IMG/VR virus record: IMGVR_UViG_3300021399_000113
Location: 74,607-138,606 of that record
DNA from: a virus
Taxonomy: Duplodnaviria > Caudoviricetes
Strand: one strand, 5' to 3'
DNA: 64,000 nucleotides
In this document: positions 38,147 through 46,999 of the stretch, in pieces
Position numbering within the stretch: the first letter of the stretch is position 1
How the letters are laid out: the number at the start of each line of letters is the position of its first letter
The notes under the pieces: generated by a model
What the model was told of the DNA's origin: nothing
Databases searched by the model: none
Seen by the model: the letters and a program-made list of their open reading frames with translations, nothing else
Position numbers and translations under genes: made by a program

Positions 38147-38740
38147 ATGAATATGAGATTTAAATTAGTAGAAAATTTTACATTAACTGAGGGCAGTGGG
38201 TTATCCCGTATCTGGCAATATACTCATAACAATCAAAATTTTGCTATAATCGGCACACAAGACAAAGACACCAAAAAGGATAGGACTAACGAGCTAACGT
38301 CCTTGCTTCGTGATATGATGGATAATCAAGTAAGAATGAAGAAGACTGTAGGCAAACCAATGATTACCTACAAAAAGTTAGAGGGGCATTATATTTATGA
38401 CGATGGAACGCAGGGGACTGAAAATTCTTTCTTGGTTAACAATATAACTAAAGACGAGGCATTAGAGTTAGGAAGGGCAGTAAATCAAGAAAGTATCTTA
38501 TGGAAAGACGATGACTTCTTTGGATATATTTATTGCTCAGATGGTCATCCAGATATGACGTTTTCGAGAGACAATAAGAATATGAGTTTCAATAAAGACG
38601 ATGTATATGCCTTTGGCTCAAGGCTTAAAAGCAAACATAATGAGGGGCAGGGGTTTACCTTTATTGCTGAACATTATGTGTATGATAACTCTAAGAAATC
38701 ACGTAAAAAAGAAGTGCTATTTAAGCTTCATGCAGAATAA
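38147..38740 (+). CDS. SAM-lyase-like protein with MRFKLVE..LTE leader
   Basis: LTE|GSGLSRI..FAII...EGHY...ENSFLV.NI....A..LG...NQESILW. Confidence 0.6.
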   Translation: MNMRFKLVENFTLTEGSGLSRIWQYTHNNQNFAIIGTQDKDTKKDRTNELTSLLRDMMDNQVRMKKTVGKPMITYKKLEGHYIYDDGTQGTENSFLVNNITKDEALELGRAVNQESILWKDDDFFGYIYCSDGHPDMTFSRDNKNMSFNKDDVYAFGSRLKSKHNEGQGFTFIAEHYVYDNSKKSRKKEVLFKLHAE

Positions 38741-38880
38741 TTGTAAATATTTAAGTGGGTATGTTTTTGCATGTCCACTTTATTTTATACCCTTTAAAAG
38801 AAAATTTTCAGTTTCTAATTAAAATATTGTATAGAAATATGGAGATTTTTATAACCGATTCTAAAAGGAGATAATAATAA

Positions 38881-39447
38881 ATGAATTCTGCATTACAACA
38901 GTTGTTCTCAATGGACATACGAATGGGAATCGTTTTTATTGTTGCCTGTGTATCAGTTGCTTATGAGGGGATAAAAATTATATCTTATTTTATAGATAAA
39001 TTTGGAATAACAACTAAGAGCAGACAAAATAAAGAAAACGACCACCAGTTATTGCAAAAATTAAAAGAATCTTCAGAACAGCAAATTGCTCAATTACAGC
39101 AACGAGATAGTGAATTTGAAATAACCTTATCAAGCATGAACGATACAGTATCAAGATTAGATACAGTGTTAACAAAGATTGATTCTGTTATGGAAAATCA
39201 AAATAATGCTACAATAGAAAATTTATATGACTGTGTAAATAGAAAATGTAAATATTATATGTATCAGTTAAAAGGAATTCCAAGTGATGAACTTGAATCA
39301 TTTATCAGATTGACTGATGCTTATACAAAGTGCGGTGGAAATCATGGACTGCAAACAAAAGTTGATTATTGTTTAAAGCATTTACCAGTGATAGAAATGA
39401 AACCTACATCAGTTGTTGCTAATAAGGAAGATGAAAAGAGTAAATAG
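38881..39447 (+). CDS. Membrane-anchored coiled-coil protein (holin-like)
   Basis: N-terminal TM; AY..CGGNH motif. Confidence 0.55.
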   Translation: MNSALQQLFSMDIRMGIVFIVACVSVAYEGIKIISYFIDKFGITTKSRQNKENDHQLLQKLKESSEQQIAQLQQRDSEFEITLSSMNDTVSRLDTVLTKIDSVMENQNNATIENLYDCVNRKCKYYMYQLKGIPSDELESFIRLTDAYTKCGGNHGLQTKVDYCLKHLPVIEMKPTSVVANKEDEKSK

Positions 39448-39459
39448 AGGATTTAAAAA

Positions 39460-40638
39460 ATGAGTGGAATGAATGATTTTAATTTAACCTCAATTGATGA
39501 GGTTATTAAAACTGTTAGACAGTATGGGACTTCAAGTTGGATTTGGGAAAATGGAGAGATTAGTAAAGATGCTTTAGTTTGTAATATTTTCCCCATTCTC
39601 GAAGATGCTAAACAGTTTGAAATCGAATTATCTGAAGAAGACTTCAGAGATATTGAAGAAGATTATGACACAGCAGACAACACTTATAATTATGGATGTA
39701 ATATCTCTAATGAGTTGGATTGGAGAGAAAAGAAAGGTGTTGGCTGTATTGTTAAAGTGCATCTTGGTGGTGATGTGCGTGGCAATTACACTGATTACTT
39801 TGCAGTAGAATCTATGGATGATATTTTTGGTCTTGACAGCACTTTTCAGCCAAAAGAAATTACGGACAGATATATTGCCGACTTAAATGCATTTTCTGAG
39901 TATTATGAAGTATATGATACTGTAACACAAGATAACATCGGTACATGTTATGAGATAGACAGAGAAGATGCTATCAAGTGGATTAAAGAGAATGCAGATG
40001 GAGATGAGACAGTGACTGAAGAACTTAAACTCAGAGAAGCTGTAGCTGATGAAAATACTCAGATTTGGGCTTCTGATGCAGAATACGATTATGTTGAATC
40101 TCTTGATAGAGACACACTTTTAAATGAGTTTGATTTTGTGTTTGAAGACCTTCCAGATGATAAAGATATAAATGAGTATTCGGATGATGAACTTAAAGAA
40201 AAAGTTCATGATTATGACTATGACTTAGACGTTGACCATGAGGATTTAGTTGAGGGTGTTATCCCAGAAATTGAAAAGCAGTGCTATGATAACATGATTT
40301 GGTTTGTAGGTAACTACCAGAGATGGGATGGTGGTCATAGTGTTGTTGGATATTTTGATGATGTAGAAAAGGGTGTGGAGAGCGTTTGCTATCCAAATTA
40401 TGATGCACGTACAGTGTTATATGAGGATAAAAATGGCAATGTTTGCTTCACAGAGTATTCACATGATGCACCTGTGGGTGGTACAGCAATGACACTTTAT
40501 TCATTTAAGGATAGGGACTCATTTGACAAAGCAGATGAAGAGGATGAGGATGGTGCTGTTTACTATGACAGTGAAGACCCAGAAACTGTTCATGGTTGGA
40601 TAGAAAAAGGTTACTTAACTCCTATTAAGTGGAACTAA
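39460..40638 (+). CDS. Acidic two-module protein
   Basis: HLGGDVRGNY motif; VTEE/LREA linker. Confidence 0.6.
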   Translation: MSGMNDFNLTSIDEVIKTVRQYGTSSWIWENGEISKDALVCNIFPILEDAKQFEIELSEEDFRDIEEDYDTADNTYNYGCNISNELDWREKKGVGCIVKVHLGGDVRGNYTDYFAVESMDDIFGLDSTFQPKEITDRYIADLNAFSEYYEVYDTVTQDNIGTCYEIDREDAIKWIKENADGDETVTEELKLREAVADENTQIWASDAEYDYVESLDRDTLLNEFDFVFEDLPDDKDINEYSDDELKEKVHDYDYDLDVDHEDLVEGVIPEIEKQCYDNMIWFVGNYQRWDGGHSVVGYFDDVEKGVESVCYPNYDARTVLYEDKNGNVCFTEYSHDAPVGGTAMTLYSFKDRDSFDKADEEDEDGAVYYDSEDPETVHGWIEKGYLTPIKWN

Positions 40639-40639
40639 G

Positions 40640-42121
40640 ATGAAATTTAAATTACAAGAAAGAATTTCACAAAACTTATATTACGTATCAGACGTTGAAT
40701 TAGTCGGTGGCAAGCCTTGGGTTATGTCAGAGGGAATACACATTGCCACCGACATCAATGTGTGTAGAGAGTTAGCAGATGCTAAAGGTTTTACTGACCC
40801 TCATTATTATGAAGTTAAAGTAAGACCAGATGTATTAGCAAACGCTTTATTTCTTGATTATGATTTAGGTGTATGGTCTGCTGGGAATATTGCAGAAGAA
40901 ATCATAAAGAAAACAAACAAAGAGAAGTACACAAGTGGTACTGACCCTAACCTCTACACAGATGATTCTCATTCTGGTGATACTATACCAACACAAAGAA
41001 TACACCTTAAAAGGGCGCTTGGTGATAGAGAGGTAAATCGTGCCAATGTCATTAAGAGCTATAAAGGTAAGACAATAAAGCAAGATGATGGCACGAGAAA
41101 AGCTGATGTAAATACTGCAAGAGGTTGGGGATATTTAAAAGACCTTTTAAATAAACTTGGGTATAAATGTATCTCATATACTAATTATGTAGAGGATGAA
41201 AAGGGTTCTCTTTGTTACTTATTATTTTCAGCAGATGATATAATCTCTTGTAGACCTAAGAATAATATAAACCCTTTAGGTGAGTCTATGATATTAAAAG
41301 AAAGAGAATATCTTGATAAAGATAGAGATATAATGGATTATGGTACTGGTAGGGCTGAGGGCACAAATGTGTTCACAGAACGTACTGGTGTCTCTTTCTA
41401 TGATAATTTATTTGATAAACCAGATTATATGAGAGACCATAAAAATCTTGTTGGCGAAATCAAGTATATGACACCTCTGGAATATTATAAAGAGTGTTCA
41501 AAGATATTTAGTAATGATAAACATTTCGTATCTATTGATGACTTAAAGAATCAACGTAGTCATGATTCAAGAATTATAAATGAATTAACAGATATAGTTA
41601 CTAAATATAAAACAAGACTGTTCATGCCTTATCTTAATTATGCAGAAAAACAGCAAGAAGGTTTACATAGGATGCTTGCTGTTGCAAATATATTTGGCTG
41701 GACAGAAGAAGAGTTCCCAGTGCTTATTATAAATTGGGCAGATGAAGATTTACATAATGAGCAAGTAAGACAGCGATATGAAATGCACTGTCAATGGGAA
41801 ATTGAAGAGGCAATAAAAGAAGCGTTTAATTATTATTACCCATATAACAATTGTGAGGAATATCTCAAAGAGCAAATTCAGTGGGAGTTACCAAGAAAGC
41901 AAAGTTATATGACAGATGAAGATTTAAAAAGGGCTGTTGATACTCTTAAAGTAGAAATAACTAATGATAAAGTAATTGTTACTGTTGATGGTGAGGAATA
42001 TCCTTATGATAGGTCATGGTTAAAGTTAGAAGACAATGATGATTTACCAGATGAAGATGTATTAACAGATAGTAATGTAGAAGATTTAATTGATATAGAC
42101 GATTTAGAACTGGAAGATTAA
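40640..42121 (+). CDS. MKFKLQE-leader protein: ADP-ribosyltransferase-like plus ParB/Srx-like domains
   Basis: GIH.AT...GY..I.Y.N..ED..GS..Y..F; LGES/LKER linker; QEGLHRM. Confidence 0.5.
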   Translation: MKFKLQERISQNLYYVSDVELVGGKPWVMSEGIHIATDINVCRELADAKGFTDPHYYEVKVRPDVLANALFLDYDLGVWSAGNIAEEIIKKTNKEKYTSGTDPNLYTDDSHSGDTIPTQRIHLKRALGDREVNRANVIKSYKGKTIKQDDGTRKADVNTARGWGYLKDLLNKLGYKCISYTNYVEDEKGSLCYLLFSADDIISCRPKNNINPLGESMILKEREYLDKDRDIMDYGTGRAEGTNVFTERTGVSFYDNLFDKPDYMRDHKNLVGEIKYMTPLEYYKECSKIFSNDKHFVSIDDLKNQRSHDSRIINELTDIVTKYKTRLFMPYLNYAEKQQEGLHRMLAVANIFGWTEEEFPVLIINWADEDLHNEQVRQRYEMHCQWEIEEAIKEAFNYYYPYNNCEEYLKEQIQWELPRKQSYMTDEDLKRAVDTLKVEITNDKVIVTVDGEEYPYDRSWLKLEDNDDLPDEDVLTDSNVEDLIDIDDLELED

Positions 42122-42124
42122 CTT

Positions 42125-42166
42125 ATGAAATTTACAAGAGTTTTAACTGAAGATTCTGATGAATAG
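42125..42166 (+). other. 13-aa leader-only mini-ORF MKFTRVLTEDSDE
   Basis: Same leader pattern, followed by a stop and a terminator. Confidence 0.45.
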
Positions 42167-42176
42167 ATATTGATAT

Positions 42177-42212
42177 AAATACTTGGGAACATACTCCCAA
42201 GTATTTTTTTTT
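42177..42212 (+). terminator. Intrinsic terminator
   Basis: AAATACTTGGGA-ACATAC-TCCCAAGTATTT plus T-tract. Confidence 0.8.
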
Positions 42213-42246
42213 AGTTATTGTATATTGTTGTGTGAGGGGTTCTATA

Positions 42247-42834
42247 ATGTTGTATAGAAGATTAAAATTAACAACAAGAGAGAAGACTAAAGTGATAAAT
42301 TATATTATGGAGAACTTTGTGACTTCTGATAAACCAGTGTCACACGCAAGTTTTATTTTGTCTAATGGGAAGTTTTTAGATATAGCAAACACAAAAGAAT
42401 TGACAGATGTAACAATTCCACCTTCACATAGTGCAGTGGACGTGGTATTAAGTAGGGTAGGTCTTATCCCACCAGAATTTATTGACATATGTGGGAATGC
42501 CAGCTTAACTATGAGGGAGTTAAACGCTGTAAGGATTAACGACAACGTAGACTACCCAGAGGGTAGCCCATACATTGAATTGCCACAATATGAATTGACA
42601 AATGCACAGTATTATGCTTTAGAAGATTATGTTAATTATCTTTATGATAAATTCCATAATACATATAAGATGTTGCAATTGGGTGGGATAGATTGTTTCC
42701 CAGATGATTACCCTATAAAATCAATAGACGCTAAAGATATTGTTAAGAAAGTAAAAAAGTTCTATAGTTGTTCAAAGATGTATGAGAGTGACAACTTTAA
42801 CCATTTTGGAGACTATTTAAACAGATATTACTAA
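42247..42834 (+). CDS. Hypothetical protein
   Basis: FIL.NG.F...H motif; upstream TTGTATA motif. Confidence 0.6.
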   Translation: MLYRRLKLTTREKTKVINYIMENFVTSDKPVSHASFILSNGKFLDIANTKELTDVTIPPSHSAVDVVLSRVGLIPPEFIDICGNASLTMRELNAVRINDNVDYPEGSPYIELPQYELTNAQYYALEDYVNYLYDKFHNTYKMLQLGGIDCFPDDYPIKSIDAKDIVKKVKKFYSCSKMYESDNFNHFGDYLNRYY

Positions 42835-42845
42835 GGAACAAGTGA

Positions 42846-45800
42846 ATGATAAATATAAATACTGAACAATTTAATAATTTATCGGCAGAAGAACAAAAAG
42901 AAGTCGTTAAGATATTAAACGAGTATGCAGAAAAAGGTGCTTCAGTAACATTCGATAATCTTTTATATGAGGATTATAAAGAAATACCAGTAGATATAGA
43001 AACCTTTATTACAGATGATAGATATTTAGGTAAGGCTTGGAAAGATACTGAGAACCATATAAAGTTGTACCCATTCTGGCTTGAACAACTTAAAAAGTTA
43101 TTTCCAACTAATCTTGATACCGCATACAACACTCTGCTTGAAAGCGGAGCAAGGGGAATTGGTAAAGCACAACCTTTATATTCTAAATTACTCACTCCAA
43201 ATGGCTTCATTACAATGAAAGATGTCACTGTTGGCAGTTTGGTTTATGGGGAAGATGGTAAGCCCCATAAGGTTACTCATATCTTTCCACAAGGGGAGAA
43301 AGATGTGTATGAGGTTAGGTTTAGTGATAACTCTACAACACGTTGCTGTAAAGAGCATTTATGGACAGTTATTCAAAAATATAACCATAATAGAGAAACC
43401 ACAATTACCCTTGAAGATATTATGAATAGAGGGCTTAGGACTAATCCAACTAAGCATGGATGGACTGCTTGTAGATTTGGAATTCCTATAACTGCCCCAG
43501 TTGAGTTTGAGCATAGGGATGTGTTTATATCTCCTTATACCCTTGGAGTACTTATTGGTGATGGTCATATTTGTGGTGGAAACACTTGCTTTACTTCAAT
43601 CGACTCAGAGATTGTTGATAGGGTGACCTCTGAAATACTTCCTAATGGATATGTTTTATCAAGGTATGAAGACTCTTATAGTATTGTAAATGCTGATAAA
43701 TCCCATAAAGGGAAGATAAATAATGACAATAAATATAAACAAGCTATTCATGATTTAAAACTTGATGTGAAGTCTTATGAGAAGTTTATACCAGAAGATT
43801 ATTTATTAACTGATGTAAACAGTCGTATTCAATTATTACAGGGGTTAATGGACACTGATGGCTATGTGACAAAGGGTGGCTATTTAGTTTATTATACTAC
43901 AAGTGAGAGACTAAGAGATGACTTTATTTTCTTAGTTCAATCGTTAGGTGGTACTGCTCCTTGCAGAATTAAAAAGGGTAAATATAAAAATACTAATGGA
44001 GAAGTTGTTGAGTGTAGGGACTGTTATGAAATAACTGTAAATTTACCTTCATCAATCTCACCTTGTTCATTAACCAGAAAACTTATTAGATTAAATAATA
44101 ATAAAAAAGAACCATTTAGAACTATACATGAAATTACCTATGTAGGAAAAGAAGAGTGTCAGTGCATATTGATAGATAGTGATAAGCACTTGTATCTAAC
44201 TGATAATCTTATAGTGACTCATAACTCTGAGGTCGCCTGTGGCTGTGCAATGGCATATCTTATGTATAGAGTAATGTGCCTTAAAAATCCTCTTGAGTTT
44301 TATCATCTAAAACCAACAGAAAAAATTGTGTTCGCATTTATGAATATTAAGAAAGAGTTGTCAAAAGAAATTGCCATAAGTAAATTTCAGAAAACAATTC
44401 AGTTATCTCCTTGGTTTATGGCAAGGGGCACTATGACACAATTTGAAAATGCACCCTATTGGAATCCTCCAAGTGACATTAGTATTGTTATTGGTTCACA
44501 GTCAGATGACGTTATTGGTCAGCCAATATTCTGTGCGTTTTTCGATGAAATATCCTTTGTGCGCAATCAAGATATAGATAAGCAGAAAAAGAAAGCACTT
44601 GATATGATTGACACTGCTCTTGGTGGTATGCGAACAAGATTTATTCACGAAGGTAAAAATCCTACCCTTTTGATTGTTGCATCATCAAAGAGAAGCGAAC
44701 AGTCTTTCATGGAATCATATATTAAGACTAAATCAGAGACTGAAGGTAACTCTACTCTTGTCGTAGATAAGCCAGTTTGGGAAGTAAAACCACAAGGTAC
44801 ATATAAGCCAATTACCTTTAAAGTCGGATTAGGTAATAAGTTCCTTGAGAGTGTTGTTATTCCAGATGGAGCAGATGTTTGGGAATATAAATCCAAGGGA
44901 TACACCATTATAGATGTTCCCATTGATTTTAAAGCAACGTTTATAGAAAATATAAATAGAGCTTTATGTGACTATGCTGGTATATCTTCTTTCTCAGCCA
45001 ATAAATATTTCTCTGGCGAAGTTGTTGCTGAGAATATATTAGATTTTATCCATAATGCAATGCCAGAACTTATTACAGTAGGCAATATGGATAAAGTACA
45101 ATATAAAGATTACTTTGATATGACCAAAATACCAAGTGAATATAAATATAAACCTTTGTATATACATTTGGATATGTCTGTATCTGGAGATACTACTGGT
45201 ATCTGTGGTACTTGGATTATAGGTAAGAAACCAACTACTGAAGGTGATGCTGGAAAAGATTTATTATTCAGACTTGCTTTTGGATTTGCGGTAAGAGCAC
45301 CAAAAGGACAGCAAATCTCATTTGAGAAGAACAGAAACTTTATCAGATGGTTAAGGGAGCAAGGTTTTAATATTGGAGAAATATCAGCCGATACATTCCA
45401 GTCCTATGATTTATTACAGATATTACAGAGTGAGGGATTTAATACCACCATTCTTTCAGTGGATAGAGTTGACCCAGAAAGTCACATCTGTAAACCATAT
45501 CAATTCTTACGCTCAACAGTGTATGAACATAGGTTACAGATGTTTAAATGTGATAGATTATTTGATGAGTTTGTAGAAGTTGAAAGAAATAACAGCACAG
45601 GTAAAATTGACCACCCTACTGGCGGTAGAAAGGACTTACTTGATGCTGTGTGTGGTTCAGTGTTTACTGCATCATCTCATGCAGAAGAGTACGCATATAA
45701 TTTCGGAGAAGATTTGGATTTAGCTATTCAAACTAATACAGCTAATCCAATGATAACTCAACAACAGATACAAATGAATTTGGATGATATTCTTAAATCA

Positions 45801-45914
45801 ATAAGACAAAGACAAGACGCAGTAAATAAACAAGTAGAAACAACAGTAGGCATAAATAGCCGCAATCTTGCCAATGACTTATACTTAACAAGTCAAGGTA
45901 TTGTTGCGATATAG
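42846..45914 (+). CDS. terL: Terminase large subunit (intein-containing)
   Basis: Walker A SGARGIGK|S, Walker B FFDE, RNase H-type HLDMS, DHP..G.KD..DA. Confidence 0.92.
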   Translation: MININTEQFNNLSAEEQKEVVKILNEYAEKGASVTFDNLLYEDYKEIPVDIETFITDDRYLGKAWKDTENHIKLYPFWLEQLKKLFPTNLDTAYNTLLESGARGIGKAQPLYSKLLTPNGFITMKDVTVGSLVYGEDGKPHKVTHIFPQGEKDVYEVRFSDNSTTRCCKEHLWTVIQKYNHNRETTITLEDIMNRGLRTNPTKHGWTACRFGIPITAPVEFEHRDVFISPYTLGVLIGDGHICGGNTCFTSIDSEIVDRVTSEILPNGYVLSRYEDSYSIVNADKSHKGKINNDNKYKQAIHDLKLDVKSYEKFIPEDYLLTDVNSRIQLLQGLMDTDGYVTKGGYLVYYTTSERLRDDFIFLVQSLGGTAPCRIKKGKYKNTNGEVVECRDCYEITVNLPSSISPCSLTRKLIRLNNNKKEPFRTIHEITYVGKEECQCILIDSDKHLYLTDNLIVTHNSEVACGCAMAYLMYRVMCLKNPLEFYHLKPTEKIVFAFMNIKKELSKEIAISKFQKTIQLSPWFMARGTMTQFENAPYWNPPSDISIVIGSQSDDVIGQPIFCAFFDEISFVRNQDIDKQKKKALDMIDTALGGMRTRFIHEGKNPTLLIVASSKRSEQSFMESYIKTKSETEGNSTLVVDKPVWEVKPQGTYKPITFKVGLGNKFLESVVIPDGADVWEYKSKGYTIIDVPIDFKATFIENINRALCDYAGISSFSANKYFSGEVVAENILDFIHNAMPELITVGNMDKVQYKDYFDMTKIPSEYKYKPLYIHLDMSVSGDTTGICGTWIIGKKPTTEGDAGKDLLFRLAFGFAVRAPKGQQISFEKNRNFIRWLREQGFNIGEISADTFQSYDLLQILQSEGFNTTILSVDRVDPESHICKPYQFLRSTVYEHRLQMFKCDRLFDEFVEVERNNSTGKIDHPTGGRKDLLDAVCGSVFTASSHAEEYAYNFGEDLDLAIQTNTANPMITQQQIQMNLDDILKSIRQRQDAVNKQVETTVGINSRNLANDLYLTSQGIVAI
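43167..44225 (+). mobile_element. Ala-start class-3 intein (353 aa) with LAGLIDADG endonuclease in the terminase Walker A
   Basis: AQPLYS start; EHLW (Trp, block B), CQCI (Cys, block F), VTHN|S (Thr, block G); LGVLIGDG and LLQGLMDTDG. Confidence 0.9.
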
Positions 45915-45922
45915 AGGTTAAA

Positions 45923-46978
45923 ATGATAACTGAAAAATATATAAAGTACAACATTAACTCAAAGGATAAAAGGACTACAGATTGTGTGGCAAGAGCAATC
46001 TCTACAGCTCTTGATAAAAATTATAATGATGTGCATAAGGCATTGTTAGCAATGCGTAAAGCTGAAAATAAATCATCTTATAAAATAGCCTCAGTATATG
46101 ACAAGGTTATAAATCAATTAGCTGGACAACCAATTGAAAATGTTGTTCTGTATACCCCAATAACAGTGGGGCAGTTCTGTGAGGATAATCCGAATGGGAC
46201 ATACATACTCCATTGTAAGAGTGATGGATTTACCACTGGACATTTGTGTGCTGTAATCAATGGGGACTTATATGATACTTGGAATTCTTCACATTGGATT
46301 GTGCAAGATTTCTATGAAGTTCCTTCTGAAAGAGATGTAGTAGATGTTTACACAGATGAACGTGAGGATAAGATTGATAATTTTGTCCAAACATTCAGTA
46401 AGACTTATTCAAAGCAGATAAGGGATGTTGTGCATACAGCACCAAACATAAAAGCTTGGTGGAGTGGTGCAAGATGTACTGACCCATATACAATTGAGGT
46501 TAGTATAGGATTGTATGATTTTCTTGCTACATCTACACAGCAGAAGCCAACATTACTTTTTAAATATCCTATAAAAATATCTTTAAGGGAAACAGATGTT
46601 GATACAGCACTTGATAATGGACTGCAAGAAGTGCTAAAAAGTCTTAAACGTAAATTGTATGAATATAACAGAAAGTCCTCTGTAGGGTCAAATCACAATT
46701 CAAATGTGGATGTAATTCCAGAGCACGATGATTATACCTATGGAAAGGTTAAATCACTTACTGAAGATGAGAAGCGTTTAATTTCGAGAATAGATGGAAA
46801 TGGTAGAGGTGGTTACTATCGAGTTTGGATATATACCTTGCCAGACGATGAATGGTATGAGAAGTTGTCGAATGGATTTCCAGTACGAAGAGATTTTGAA
46901 ATCTTTGGTGGTGTACCAGAACTGCATAAGTGGTTAAAGACCTATATTAAATCTAATGGTAAAGAAGTATTATGGTAA
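45923..46978 (+). CDS. Protein with N-terminal Cys-His-Asp peptidase-like domain
   Basis: DCVARAI...GH.CAV..G..YDTW.S. Confidence 0.55.
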   Translation: MITEKYIKYNINSKDKRTTDCVARAISTALDKNYNDVHKALLAMRKAENKSSYKIASVYDKVINQLAGQPIENVVLYTPITVGQFCEDNPNGTYILHCKSDGFTTGHLCAVINGDLYDTWNSSHWIVQDFYEVPSERDVVDVYTDEREDKIDNFVQTFSKTYSKQIRDVVHTAPNIKAWWSGARCTDPYTIEVSIGLYDFLATSTQQKPTLLFKYPIKISLRETDVDTALDNGLQEVLKSLKRKLYEYNRKSSVGSNHNSNVDVIPEHDDYTYGKVKSLTEDEKRLISRIDGNGRGGYYRVWIYTLPDDEWYEKLSNGFPVRRDFEIFGGVPELHKWLKTYIKSNGKEVLW

Positions 46979-46999
46979 TACATTAAGGAGAGTAATAAC

